DNA of 49,134 nt from Planctomycetota bacterium (lineage in GTDB: Bacteria > Planctomycetota > UBA11346): contig JBBQSO010000037.1 in the NCBI GenBank assembly GCA_038213805.1, positions 1-49,134 on the forward strand, in the 5' to 3' direction. How positions within the stretch are numbered: the stretch's first letter is position 1; each line of letters begins with the position of its first letter. The position numbers and the translations under genes are program-made. The notes below the pieces were generated by a model, which saw only the letters and a program-made list of their open reading frames with translations, was not told where the DNA came from and did no database searches. Below, piece by piece: positions 26,507 through 36,480 of this stretch.

Positions 26507-28726
26507 ATGACCAAAGCCGCATCCCCGCGTGTGATCCTTCCGGCCACCCGCGCGTCCCGCCAGGGCTTCACGCTCTTCGAGGTCGCGATCTCGCTCGGTC
26601 TGGTCGCCTTTGGCGTGGTCAGTGTGCTGATGCTCTTCCCGAGCGGCCTCAAGGCGCAGCAGATGGCGCGCTTCCAGATCTACGCGGCCGCCAAGGCCGA
26701 AGAGATGATCGAACAGTTCAATGGCGTGCAGACCAGCAACCCCGCCGTCGATTCCGAGGGCCTGGAGATGTGGGACCAGCCGGTCTCCTACCGCGCGCAG
26801 ACCTGCGACCTTGAGTCGAAGCTGTCCAGCCACCGCTATGGCATCATGCCGCTGCCGCTCGAACTGGCGCGGCGCCTTGACAGCGATGGCGACGAGATCA
26901 AGGACATCCTCGACCAGGGCGGCTACATCTACTTCTCGCAGCCCCTCGCCAGCACCGGCACCGAGGAGCAGGGCGCCGCGCAGTCGCCGCCCAACGAGGC
27001 GCAGCGCATGATCTTCGCCGTGAAGGGCTTCGCCCAGGAGAACTGCATCGCCTCGTTCCCGATGAAGAACTGGCCCTACCACACGCCTATGCCGTCGCCG
27101 CCGCTGCAGTTCAGCCACATGGCGGACAAGTTCCTGCCCCTGCGCAACTACACCGAGTCGGGCTACTCGAACTACTACTCTTGGCCGTGGATGGACATCG
27201 ACGACCAGAACGCCGTCAGCGCGAACGTGCGCAACAACGCCGAAAACTTCTGCTTTCCGTGGGAATGCGCGCTCGGCAACGGCGATCCCGACATCCAGAA
27301 GGTCTATGATTGGCCGGACACCACCAGGCCCGGCAAGCACGTCGGCTACTTCCCGTACGCCTGCGGGCGGCTGTGGGAACGCAGCGGCTTCAACGGCAGT
27401 GCCAACGAGTTCTACCCGACCCACCTGACCACGGACGCCACCCCGGGCTCGACCACCACCGGCGGCGACAAGGGCGAGTATCCTTCGCGGCCGAGCGTTT
27501 TGCGCTACGTCGCCTGCACGCTGTGGTACGCGCACACCAAGAACACCCTGCACGCCTTCGGCAGCCCCATCGACACCCCGGGCGATCCGTACGCGGCGCC
27601 CACGTGCGCCGAGGAGTACCAGTGGGAAGAGGTGCAGGCCTTCCGCTTCCTCTCGCACGCGGCCACCTGCCTGACCGGCTGGTACTCGTACAGCAATGCC
27701 GCCGAGACCGAGGACCTCAGCCGTGGCGTGCACATCACCGCCGGCCTGGTCTCCTTCAACGGTCTGCCCACCCCGGCCGGCCTGATCACGCACAATCTGG
27801 TGCAGTACTACCACGAGCGAGCGCTCTTCCTGGTCAACCGCTTCGCCGCCAAGTATCCGTACGACTGGGCCGTGCCGCGGCCGCTGGCGCGCGTCACCAT
27901 GATGGACTTCCCGCTGCTTGAAGCCGATCTCTTCAGTCCGGCCCTGCCGGCGGGGCTGCCCGCGAATCCGCTCTACAACTCGACCAACTCGACCGGCGCC
28001 ATCACCATCGACAACTCGTCGTGGACGCACATCTTCGGCCGGACGAACACCGATAATCCCCAGCAGTGGCGCGCGCTCAGCCCGGAACCGATCCGTCACG
28101 TCGGCACCAGCGCGACCTTCCCCACCAACCCCATCACCACTCCGATGCAGGTGGGTGGCTACGATCCCACCTCGCAGTTCGGCGACATCGACCACTTCAA
28201 CCTGACCGCCAAGTTCGAGGCCGCCGAGCGCTGCCGCGAACTGGTGTTCTGGACCGCCGATTGGCAGTCCTACGAAGACTTTGAGACCCTGCCGAGCGCG
28301 CCGGTCGACGCCAGCAAGTATCCCTTCGCCTCACCGCGTTGCGACTGGCACGCCTTCAACAATCGGGTCTACACGCAGATCACCCGCCAGTTCAGCGATC
28401 GCCTGTGGGACGTGCAGTTCCGCGACGAGCAGCTGTGGTCGTACCGCAATCCCGAAAAGACGCTGCTCTATTTCGTTGATCCCACCAACCTCGCCACCGG
28501 CACCGACATGTCGAACAACATGGTGCTGAACAAGCCGTGGACCGATTATCCGGACAAAGGCACCGCAGACCAGAACCGCAAGACCTTCAATGGCATGTTC
28601 GGAGCCGATCGCAACTATAACAAGAAGCTGGACCGCGGCCCGGTGCCGAAGTCGGTGCGCCTGCGCGCGACCAGCGTCTCCCGCTTCAATTACTACGATC
28701 CGCGCGTCCAGGCCATCCTACGCTGA
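26507..28726 (+). CDS. Large prepilin-type (type IV minor pilin-like) protein, ~739 aa
   Basis: RQG|FTLFEVAISLGLVAFG class III signal with E5. Confidence 0.85.
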   Translation: MTKAASPRVILPATRASRQGFTLFEVAISLGLVAFGVVSVLMLFPSGLKAQQMARFQIYAAAKAEEMIEQFNGVQTSNPAVDSEGLEMWDQPVSYRAQTCDLESKLSSHRYGIMPLPLELARRLDSDGDEIKDILDQGGYIYFSQPLASTGTEEQGAAQSPPNEAQRMIFAVKGFAQENCIASFPMKNWPYHTPMPSPPLQFSHMADKFLPLRNYTESGYSNYYSWPWMDIDDQNAVSANVRNNAENFCFPWECALGNGDPDIQKVYDWPDTTRPGKHVGYFPYACGRLWERSGFNGSANEFYPTHLTTDATPGSTTTGGDKGEYPSRPSVLRYVACTLWYAHTKNTLHAFGSPIDTPGDPYAAPTCAEEYQWEEVQAFRFLSHAATCLTGWYSYSNAAETEDLSRGVHITAGLVSFNGLPTPAGLITHNLVQYYHERALFLVNRFAAKYPYDWAVPRPLARVTMMDFPLLEADLFSPALPAGLPANPLYNSTNSTGAITIDNSSWTHIFGRTNTDNPQQWRALSPEPIRHVGTSATFPTNPITTPMQVGGYDPTSQFGDIDHFNLTAKFEAAERCRELVFWTADWQSYEDFETLPSAPVDASKYPFASPRCDWHAFNNRVYTQITRQFSDRLWDVQFRDEQLWSYRNPEKTLLYFVDPTNLATGTDMSNNMVLNKPWTDYPDKGTADQNRKTFNGMFGADRNYNKKLDRGPVPKSVRLRATSVSRFNYYDPRVQAILR

Positions 28727-28736
28727 GGGGGACCCC

Positions 28737-30167
28737 ATGAAACGCATCGACCTTCCAGCCGCCGGCTTCACCTTGATCGAGATGATGATCGCGATCGCGC
28801 TCGGCATGCTGATCATATTGACCGCAGTCGCCGGCTTCCGCACCGCCTCAACGGCGGTGACCTCTGCCAACCGCCTGTCACTGGAGAACAACCTGCTGCG
28901 TGCCGGCTACTGGGAAGCGCAGAACCAGCTCGACTTCTGGACCAACCTCGACGATCCCAATCAGCCTGATGCCGGCCGCCCGCTCAAGGCCATCGGCCTG
29001 ATCACCGACTGGACCGGGCAAGGCCGCCAGCACGGCATGCCTTTCACCCCGATGTACGGATCGACGTCACCTAGCCTGGAATCCACCGGCATTTGGCCGC
29101 GTGGCGGCACGGTCCCGCGCAACGCCCCTTCCAGCGGTCTGAACGGCATCATGCCGGGCCCATCCGGCCACCCGACCGCGACCGACGCCCAGACCACTGA
29201 CACGCTCGAGCTGGATAAGGGCTGGGACCCGACCTTCGCGTGGGCGCCGCACGATCCGCGCACCTGGTCGCGCGCCAACATGGCCGAGAAGGATCGTGAC
29301 GGTTCTCTCGAACGCTCCGACATCATGCCGCCGATGATCAACGGGCGCTACGCCATCTTCGGCAACACCGGCCCCGGCGCGACCCTGCGGTCGTACAACA
29401 TCGTTCCTGACTTCAATGATCCGATGACGTCGCAGACGCCGATCAACGTGACCTACTCCGGCTATTCCAGCGGCGGCGTCCACCCGTGGTACTACCGCCA
29501 GCTTGATGGGCTTATCAACGCCATGGGCTATGCCGCGTTCTGCGACTACCTGCCCCCAAACGCGATCTACACCTGGTACTCCGACAGCGGCGACCGCACG
29601 CCGGGCGACATCAACAAGTTCGGCATCTCGCCCAACTACAATTTCTGCAACTGGGACGGTAACCAGCGCAGCTCGCGCGGCATCTACCGCAACACCTACG
29701 CGACCTCGTTCGGCTATCTCAATCCGCGCTCGTCCGATACCTATCGTCAGACTGGGACCCCCAGCCCACCCGGCGGCAACAATTTGCGTCAGTGGCATTA
29801 CCAACACTACGAGTCCGACTATAACGCCTATGACACCGCCGCGGGCGGCTGGAGCGGCGTGGTCGACCTGCAGTGGTTCCTTAGCCACACCTGCATGCCC
29901 GAGAAGCTGATGACCCAGATGCCCGCCGCCTGGCCGCAGGTGCAGGTGTGCGTGGGCCGCCTGGTGAAGAACGCCCACTTCGTCGCGGTCGCCAAGGTGC
30001 GCCGCACCGCGCCGCTCACTGGCGAGGTCATCGAACTGTCGTGGTGCGGCCTGGGCACCTCGCTGCGCGGGGCCCGCCAGCAGCGCCTGCGCGACGGCCA
30101 GGGCTGGGCGCGCTGGGACAACGCGACCTCCGCCACCATCGACCCCAACCTCGACTCCCCACCGTGA
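28737..30167 (+). CDS. Prepilin-type protein (PilW/GspJ-like), ~476 aa
   Basis: AG|FTLIEMMIAIALG with E5; GAGGGGG RBS. Confidence 0.85.
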   Translation: MKRIDLPAAGFTLIEMMIAIALGMLIILTAVAGFRTASTAVTSANRLSLENNLLRAGYWEAQNQLDFWTNLDDPNQPDAGRPLKAIGLITDWTGQGRQHGMPFTPMYGSTSPSLESTGIWPRGGTVPRNAPSSGLNGIMPGPSGHPTATDAQTTDTLELDKGWDPTFAWAPHDPRTWSRANMAEKDRDGSLERSDIMPPMINGRYAIFGNTGPGATLRSYNIVPDFNDPMTSQTPINVTYSGYSSGGVHPWYYRQLDGLINAMGYAAFCDYLPPNAIYTWYSDSGDRTPGDINKFGISPNYNFCNWDGNQRSSRGIYRNTYATSFGYLNPRSSDTYRQTGTPSPPGGNNLRQWHYQHYESDYNAYDTAAGGWSGVVDLQWFLSHTCMPEKLMTQMPAAWPQVQVCVGRLVKNAHFVAVAKVRRTAPLTGEVIELSWCGLGTSLRGARQQRLRDGQGWARWDNATSATIDPNLDSPP

Positions 30168-31201
30168 TGCGACCCGCCATGAACCACCCGCGCCGCGGCA
30201 CCATCCTTATCGTCGTTGCCGGCATCTCGGCCCTGCTCGCCTCGCTGGCGCTGACCTTCCTGGTGCGCATGCGCAGCGATGTCGAGGAGTCGCAGCTGGT
30301 CGTGCAGTACGCCCAGGCCAAGATCATGCTCGCGGCCGCCTGCAACTATGTGCAGGAGTCGTCGCGCATGGGCTGGGACCGCTACCCGCTGAAATCGTCC
30401 GGCGCCTCGCCAAGCACCCCGCTGGTCGATGGCCTGCACATCCACGAGGAGGCCTTCGGCTGGATCGACGAGCGCGATGGCCGGCTTGGGCCGCTCGACC
30501 GCAACGGCCAGCCCTTCGCTGATCTCACCCCGGGCGGAAAGTGGCCCGCGGTCGGCACCTCGGCGCGCTGCCCGATGTACGTGATGAAGCGCCCGCCCTA
30601 CGCCACGCAGTTGACCGCCTGCTACAATCCGATGAACCGCGACTCGACCTCGCCGGACTTCTGCTGGCCCCTGCTGAAGTACCCCGACCCGCAGCCGGTG
30701 ACCTCCAACGGCTGGACCAGGGCTGGCGGCCCGAGTAGCGCGACCAACACGCGCTACGTCGACTTCGAGACCGGCGACCGCACCCCGCAGCCGCAGACCA
30801 CGGGCAAGTCGTGGTTCCGCGTCTACCGCGATGGCCCGGGCACCTTCGTGGTGACCTGCGGCTCCGGTGGCACCCTGGGCTTCCGCGACTGGACCACCGA
30901 GGTCGTGCCCCAGAACCAGACCGGACTTTTCGGCGGCCCCGGTGGTCAGACGCTGTTTGACGACCTCAAGTCGACCGAGATCCGCATCTGGTACCGCATC
31001 GAGTGGACCGCGGCCTCGACCGAGGTCTCGTACCACAACCTCGATCACGATTTCGGCCACATCTGGGAACATTACGAGAGCTGGCCGCCCAACGCCAGCC
31101 ACACCTGGAGCGGCGCCGTGCGCACCCAGACGTGGATGAAGAACCCGGTCGGCACCATCCGCTGGATCCAGCGCCTGGTCACCGAGCCGACCAGCTGGTG
31201 A
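30167..31201 (+). CDS. PilX/GspK-like pilin (no E5), ~344 aa
   Basis: TGATG overlap; RRG|TILIVVAGISALLASLAL; QAKIMLAAA helix. Confidence 0.75.
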   Translation: MRPAMNHPRRGTILIVVAGISALLASLALTFLVRMRSDVEESQLVVQYAQAKIMLAAACNYVQESSRMGWDRYPLKSSGASPSTPLVDGLHIHEEAFGWIDERDGRLGPLDRNGQPFADLTPGGKWPAVGTSARCPMYVMKRPPYATQLTACYNPMNRDSTSPDFCWPLLKYPDPQPVTSNGWTRAGGPSSATNTRYVDFETGDRTPQPQTTGKSWFRVYRDGPGTFVVTCGSGGTLGFRDWTTEVVPQNQTGLFGGPGGQTLFDDLKSTEIRIWYRIEWTAASTEVSYHNLDHDFGHIWEHYESWPPNASHTWSGAVRTQTWMKNPVGTIRWIQRLVTEPTSW

Positions 31202-31220
31202 CCCTGCCCAGCGCGGACGC

Positions 31221-32171
31221 TCAGACGAACGCGAAGACGTAAGCCGCGAACACCACGGACACCAGGCCGGCGGCGGCGGCGAAGCCCCACAGCAGACTGC
31301 GCTTCCGCGCGGCGATGGCCATGGTCGCCACGATCACGCCCAGCTGGGCGGCGAGCATGCCTAGGAAGAACCGCGCGCTGCGCGCATGATGGTGCTCGGC
31401 GGCGTGGTTGCTGCGCGCGACCGACAACTCTTCGAGATTGGCGATGGTCTGGTTGAGGTGCGCCTCGCTCGCATAGCGGGCGGCGTTCCAGCGCAGCCGG
31501 GCGGCGAGCAGGCTGCGCTGCAGCAGCCGGGTCTGCGCATCGCCCGCAAGCGCGTGCAGCTGCGCCTCGCCCTGATCGATGGTCTGGGCGATCGGCCTGG
31601 TTGTCTGGTCGTAGGCAAGCGCCAGGTCGCGGGCGCCGCGCAGCGCCGCCGCGACTTCCGGGTCCGAGACCGGCTCGTCAGCGACGCGGGATTCCGTGCC
31701 GGTCTGCAGCCCGGCGATGCCGGCGGCGATGCCCGGTGGCAAGGCCGCGGCAGGGGGCGCGGCGGTGGCGCCCGCGGCAAGGGCCTGGAGCGCCGCCTGC
31801 CCCTGCGGCGCATCCATAAGCTCGATGAGGCGGTCGCGCGCGCCCCCCGCCGGCAGCCCCTTCACCGCCGTGGCGAACGCCGCGGCAGCGAGCGGCTGGA
31901 CCTGCTCGCGGTCGTTCAGCAGGTCGAACTCCTGCACCAGGATGGTCTCGCGCAGGCGCTTGGCTTGGTAGTAACCCCATTGATCGCCCGCCTTGGACTG
32001 CTGCTGGGCCGCCAGGGAGCGCAGGTACTGCGCCTTCGACATCTCGCTGGAAGACAGCCCCGCCAGCGCGGTCGCGACCACCGCCATGATCACCGGCGTC
32101 GATGCCAGCACCTTGCCCCAGCGCGTCGGGGGGATGTCCGCTTTCACCGCGTCGGGGATCTCGACCTTCAT
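31221..32171 (-). CDS. DUF4337-like membrane protein
   Basis: TM helix, then KAGDQWGYYQAK motif, helical region, two C-terminal TM helices. Confidence 0.7.
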   Translation of the reverse strand: MKVEIPDAVKADIPPTRWGKVLASTPVIMAVVATALAGLSSSEMSKAQYLRSLAAQQQSKAGDQWGYYQAKRLRETILVQEFDLLNDREQVQPLAAAAFATAVKGLPAGGARDRLIELMDAPQGQAALQALAAGATAAPPAAALPPGIAAGIAGLQTGTESRVADEPVSDPEVAAALRGARDLALAYDQTTRPIAQTIDQGEAQLHALAGDAQTRLLQRSLLAARLRWNAARYASEAHLNQTIANLEELSVARSNHAAEHHHARSARFFLGMLAAQLGVIVATMAIAARKRSLLWGFAAAAGLVSVVFAAYVFAFV

Positions 32172-32294
32172 GGGCACCACCTCATGCCGGGTCAGGTAGT
32201 CGGCTTTCCTGGGCGGGTCAAGGCGGGATGGGGAGAGGAATAAACCATCGGTGTGGCCATCAGCCGTCACGGACGGGAGTGCCATCGCGGAAAC

Positions 32295-32346
32295 AAAAAA
32301 CCCTCGGCTTGCGCCGAGGGTTTCCACGTGGTTGACCAGGCGGGAC
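32295..32346 (-). mobile_element. Probable att site: orphan tRNA 3' end followed by its terminator
   Basis: Minus strand GTCCCGCCTGGTCAACCA (32346-32329) then AAACCCTCGGC-GCAA-GCCGAGGGTTTTTT; coincides with abrupt drop in GC. Confidence 0.65.
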
Positions 32347-32574
32347 GAGTGCCGAGCAATTCTCTGGTTGTAAGTCCTTTGATGACAATAGGCCCGATAA
32401 GCATGTAGCCTTAAGCTCAACACTTGGGGAGGGGGAAGGGAACGATCTACGACGGCCTTTGGCGAGTCTGTCTTGACAGGCAGGCGGACTATTGCGTCAT
32501 TAGTTCGCATTCAATCACTTACTAAGCAGTGGCCGCTTTTCAGATTGCCGAGACGATCCGGACTTTATCCACCC

Positions 32575-33378
32575 CTAAGGTACTTTTTTCGAAAGAACGA
32601 CAATGTGGGATAGTGAATTCGACATGAAGACGAGGTGAGGCGTGCCATTCAAATCGCCGACGTGTATTTCTCTGACTCCATTATTTTCATCTTCCTTATT
32701 CTCTAACCTTACGAACACCATGTCTGGTCGACTATTATAGCATTGCGCATGACCTGCAATAAATTCTTCCGCAAAATGAATATATTCCTTAGCCAAGGAA
32801 TGATCATCTTTCGCCGCGTTCAATATTTTATCTGTATCCTCCACTTTTATGTGCAAAAGTGCATATAGTATATGAACGCTGGCGCGGTATTCTTCCGTAG
32901 ATTTCGAGGTTAGTCCCATACGCAGGTTTAAAAAAACGGCATTTAGAATTCTCAGCGTTTCCGCATCAGCGGGCGTCACCTTGCGATCCGGCCCAGCAAT
33001 GGGCGTAGCTACGTATTCTTCACGAGATGAACCTGGAACCAGCGCGTGTATTGAGGCATAAAATTCATGACGCTTAGATAAAAAGCGTTGAAAGTCTTCG
33101 GTTTGGGCGCTGTGCATCATCCAATTTCTGCTCAAATCAATGTATTCCAACATCTTGTCGGCAAAGTTTTGATCCTGTAATTCCGCATGGAGCTGACGAC
33201 TGCGCTCATCCGTTGCCTTTGAGGTAGCCTGCAGCTCATCGGCGTATGTCCAGGCATACTCAATACTGTGCTCAGTGGGGTTTCCCGCCGCAATTAGTGC
33301 CAAGTAGTCAGCCTTTGTGTGCTCTTCTCCATGGCACGGAAGATGAAAAAAAAGTAGGTAAGGGAAGAGTGCGCGCAT
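32575..33378 (-). CDS. Hypothetical protein, candidate immunity/accessory protein
   Basis: 267-aa ORF in AT-rich DNA, 9 nt after the upstream stop; hydrophobic N-terminus. Confidence 0.65.
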   Translation of the reverse strand: MRALFPYLLFFHLPCHGEEHTKADYLALIAAGNPTEHSIEYAWTYADELQATSKATDERSRQLHAELQDQNFADKMLEYIDLSRNWMMHSAQTEDFQRFLSKRHEFYASIHALVPGSSREEYVATPIAGPDRKVTPADAETLRILNAVFLNLRMGLTSKSTEEYRASVHILYALLHIKVEDTDKILNAAKDDHSLAKEYIHFAEEFIAGHAQCYNSRPDMVFVRLENKEDENNGVREIHVGDLNGTPHLVFMSNSLSHIVVLSKKVP

Positions 33379-33387
33379 GAGGTATTC

Positions 33388-34152
33388 CTATTCGACAATG
33401 ATTCTGAATGAGCCATCAATGTCTCCTGGGCCATGGGCCGGACGCAGGACATGGTTGGCTAGGTTCATGTAATCGTAGACCCGTGATCCGTAGCCGCAAC
33501 CACAGACAACACCGCAATTTCCTTTATCATGGTAATAATCATCGACCTGAGCCCCAGCTGGGGGATATGAGCCGATATCAGGATACGGAGCATTGTCCGA
33601 CATATCATATCTATCTTGCACCCAGTGCGAAGCTATGCCTACCATGTCATATAAGCCAAACGGGTTTGTTGGATATTGACCAATTTTCCTGACGGTCCGA
33701 TGTCGGTCTCGCTCTTCGCCCCTCCAACTCTCGCGAATAACTGGAACAAATTGAGCCGTCCGCTCTTCGTTTGCAATCTCGTGGTCCGATGTGGCCCAGT
33801 ATGCTGGATTTCTTGTTCCTCCGCTGCATGCCAAAAGCCACTGAGCGCACGTAGGCAACGAGAATGTTTTTCCATACACCTTTGATATTTTTTTGAGGAA
33901 TAAATCAACTTCCGACCGACCGATTCCTGTGGCGGGGCACAATTGGTCATCGGATTTAATTAGTGGCATTGACGAGAAGCTATATTCACCCATGAATTCT
34001 CGCCATTGACCACGTGTGATGAGATATTTACTGATTTTGAACGGCTTGGTCACCCTTACCGTGAATGCTTTGGCAACGAGATTTGATTCCATGCAAGGAA
34101 CGAGACAAGTTCCCGGAGGAATTTCGGCAAATTGCAGGTCCGTAGAATACAT
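33388..34152 (-). CDS. FGE-sulfatase (SUMF1) domain protein, candidate immunity protein
   Basis: IPPG, FKISKYLITRGQW, FSLPTCAQW, NPFGLYDMVG, terminal SFRI. Confidence 0.85.
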   Translation of the reverse strand: MYSTDLQFAEIPPGTCLVPCMESNLVAKAFTVRVTKPFKISKYLITRGQWREFMGEYSFSSMPLIKSDDQLCPATGIGRSEVDLFLKKISKVYGKTFSLPTCAQWLLACSGGTRNPAYWATSDHEIANEERTAQFVPVIRESWRGEERDRHRTVRKIGQYPTNPFGLYDMVGIASHWVQDRYDMSDNAPYPDIGSYPPAGAQVDDYYHDKGNCGVVCGCGYGSRVYDYMNLANHVLRPAHGPGDIDGSFRIIVE

Positions 34153-34157
34153 AGGTA

Positions 34158-36479
34158 CTATTTCACCGATGTTCCGAATATTTCCGCGAGTTGCGGAAAT
34201 ATTTCGTCATTATAGAGGTCAGTTATGAGTTGGAGTCGTTTTGCTTTATCACTGTCTCTGAAAAACTCACGGTTTATCAATGCTATGGTCTTTTTATAAT
34301 TGGTCAGATCGAATTTCAAGACTCCGCGTTCCAAAATGGCAGCATCCTGAAACGCGTCTTCGATGAGTCGATGGTAAGCTCCAGAAAATTCAGTGGAGAC
34401 GCTCGTACTTCCGGTTGCGTGCCCTAATGCGATTTTCCCAATAGCATTGTCAGCAGGAGCAAATCCTAAGTTTTTTGCTGCTAGCTCAGGCGTTGGCCAA
34501 TGACGACTAGCTTTGTTGTTGAACCGCACGGCGTCGACCGAGATTCGCGTCTCATCTATGGCTCGCAAGCACTTCAAAGCGAATGGAGCCTCGGCTTGGG
34601 TGCGAAAATTCTGAATAATCCAGGCAAAGGTTTCGCGCGGGACTGCTTCGTGATATCCGCCCTGTTTCAATGCTAATTTCTTGAATTTAGTGTACAGCGC
34701 CGTATTCATTTCAAGCGTGCCATCAGGCAAGAACCTCCCGGCCATGTTAACAAATACCTCCCATTTGTCTGAGTATGTCCGAATGAAATTGAATATTCCG
34801 CGATTTCCCTTTGCCAAGAAGGCCAGCCATTGCTTGGTAAAACAAGGACCATTGTGAACCAGAATCGGAAATTCACCGACATAATAATCGTGAAAATCCT
34901 TTACGATGAGGGTGTAGCAAATGCCTCCAGCGATACCCCTAGAAGATCGGAGAGATGCATCCTGGGTTGTATCAAACGGAATCAAGTGATCAGCCGGAAG
35001 AAGATATTGAGCCGGGATCCATTTTATTTGTGATCTATCCTCACTCCTTACCGCAAATGGATGGATGCCCGTGGGGTGCACTTCCCCAGAATGACCATCT
35101 GCGAGTTCATAGTTGAAGGAAAGAAATTCTGATGCTTGATTGACAATTACATCCGACACGATTCCGTCGACATGTTTTTCATTTTCGACATCGTACGATG
35201 TCACGATATCGCCTACGCGGATTTCACTAATTGGCCTCAATCCTTTGGGGGTTAAGACGGGATCGTCTCCCCTAAAGCAATTAATATCTCGGCAGACTAT
35301 GCCAACGAACTCGAGCGCATCATTGCTCAACCGCGCAATTGTCCTGACACCCTCGGCATTTTCCAACTCCGCAATAAAGCGAGCCGAGTTTTCAGCCAGG
35401 TCTTTAATGCCAGCCTTCGCAGTCCTTGCAAATGCTACGCAGACCTTGCCAGTTAGATTTAGAACGCGCGACCCTCCCCTTGTCACGACTTTGAGCAGCA
35501 GCCCTTGGACTGGAACGGGAATTGCGTTTATGATGGCCTCCACGGGATCAATCAACCCTTCATCCCATAGAACAAAATTCACAACAATTGCTGATCCGGC
35601 ATTTGCAGTAGAAACTATCGAGAAGAGTGATGCCACATTGTGTGCGACTGCAGTTCTTTGCTTTTGGCATATTTCATCAACTATTTTCCTAATATCATCA
35701 GTCTTCGTCGGATCGGCAGCCGCTTGATTCAGCGTCATTGCGAGGTTCTGCTCTTCCGTTCCCGGCCTCAGGGCGTTGGCATAGGCATTGATCATAGCAT
35801 TTCTTGACTCAACCGAAACTAGAACGCCATTATCGTAAATATCTTTTTGGAAGAATTGCTCTACGATTTCCCCTGCGATCGTCCATGGATTCGCGGTATC
35901 TTGCACAGTTATAGTGATTAGATTGTCCGCATGCGGGTCTTTATCGACAGATGCGGCACTACCGAAGATATTGAATGCACTGGGGGTATATAAGGAGAAA
36001 GTCCCCCATGGGACTCCATTTCGGAATTGAGTTGTATCCATGTATTGAAGCATGGCTTCGCCCTGCACGCCCCCGAGCGCCTTAATTGCCAATCGCAAGG
36101 TCTTTTTATCGAGTTTGGTGGCTGTGGCGCCCGTCTTTAACGGGTCTACTGGACTCGAAGAAAAACGAATCGAGACGCCGAGCCGTTCCAGATCTGTTTT
36201 ATTGTAGTGTATGCCGCGAATGATGACTGTTCCGTCGGCCAATTTGCTCGCACTGTTGTTTATTTTATCTATGACAATGCATTCAGATCGAAGCCAACCG
36301 GATTGCTGCGCATCTTCACCGAGGAGCACGAATCCGCTCGGAAATCCCTCGTTATCTACAATGGGATATTCGTTGTCTTGGTCGTCGCCGCGCACAAGCG
36401 GCATGGCCACGAAGAGTATAAACGCTAGACTAAAGAGCCGTATAGGCACGGCCCAAAATAATGCATGTGCACTTTTCAT
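34158..36479 (-). CDS. Secreted polymorphic toxin with Hint (BIL/PT-HINT) domain, ~773 aa
   Basis: GAAGGA RBS, signal peptide MKSAHALFW...LVRG; Hint CFRGDD...HPF...ILVHN (35279-34851); ~230-aa C-terminal domain with GGYHE, GH, YH. Confidence 0.85.
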   Translation of the reverse strand: MKSAHALFWAVPIRLFSLAFILFVAMPLVRGDDQDNEYPIVDNEGFPSGFVLLGEDAQQSGWLRSECIVIDKINNSASKLADGTVIIRGIHYNKTDLERLGVSIRFSSSPVDPLKTGATATKLDKKTLRLAIKALGGVQGEAMLQYMDTTQFRNGVPWGTFSLYTPSAFNIFGSAASVDKDPHADNLITITVQDTANPWTIAGEIVEQFFQKDIYDNGVLVSVESRNAMINAYANALRPGTEEQNLAMTLNQAAADPTKTDDIRKIVDEICQKQRTAVAHNVASLFSIVSTANAGSAIVVNFVLWDEGLIDPVEAIINAIPVPVQGLLLKVVTRGGSRVLNLTGKVCVAFARTAKAGIKDLAENSARFIAELENAEGVRTIARLSNDALEFVGIVCRDINCFRGDDPVLTPKGLRPISEIRVGDIVTSYDVENEKHVDGIVSDVIVNQASEFLSFNYELADGHSGEVHPTGIHPFAVRSEDRSQIKWIPAQYLLPADHLIPFDTTQDASLRSSRGIAGGICYTLIVKDFHDYYVGEFPILVHNGPCFTKQWLAFLAKGNRGIFNFIRTYSDKWEVFVNMAGRFLPDGTLEMNTALYTKFKKLALKQGGYHEAVPRETFAWIIQNFRTQAEAPFALKCLRAIDETRISVDAVRFNNKASRHWPTPELAAKNLGFAPADNAIGKIALGHATGSTSVSTEFSGAYHRLIEDAFQDAAILERGVLKFDLTNYKKTIALINREFFRDSDKAKRLQLITDLYNDEIFPQLAEIFGTSVK

Positions 36480-36480
36480 A

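Noticed and set aside
791..31102. Many long antisense or alternate-frame ORFs (e.g. 8639-10450 +, 15926-17653 -, 19347-21161 -, 26219-28195 -)
   Set aside because: Shadow ORFs of high-GC coding sequence, with no motifs and overlapping well-supported genes
32172..32510. N-terminal extension of the DUF4337-like ORF
   Set aside because: Runs through the terminator and att-like site; the ATG at 32171 is the more plausible start
33388..34152. Diversity-generating retroelement target (FGE/CLec fold; AAC runs at 45.9-46.3 kb)
   Set aside because: No reverse transcriptase and no template repeat matching the gene 3' end seen in the window
34851..35279. Canonical splicing intein in a housekeeping gene
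   Set aside because: Residue after HN is Gly, there is no endonuclease domain, and the context is a secreted toxin
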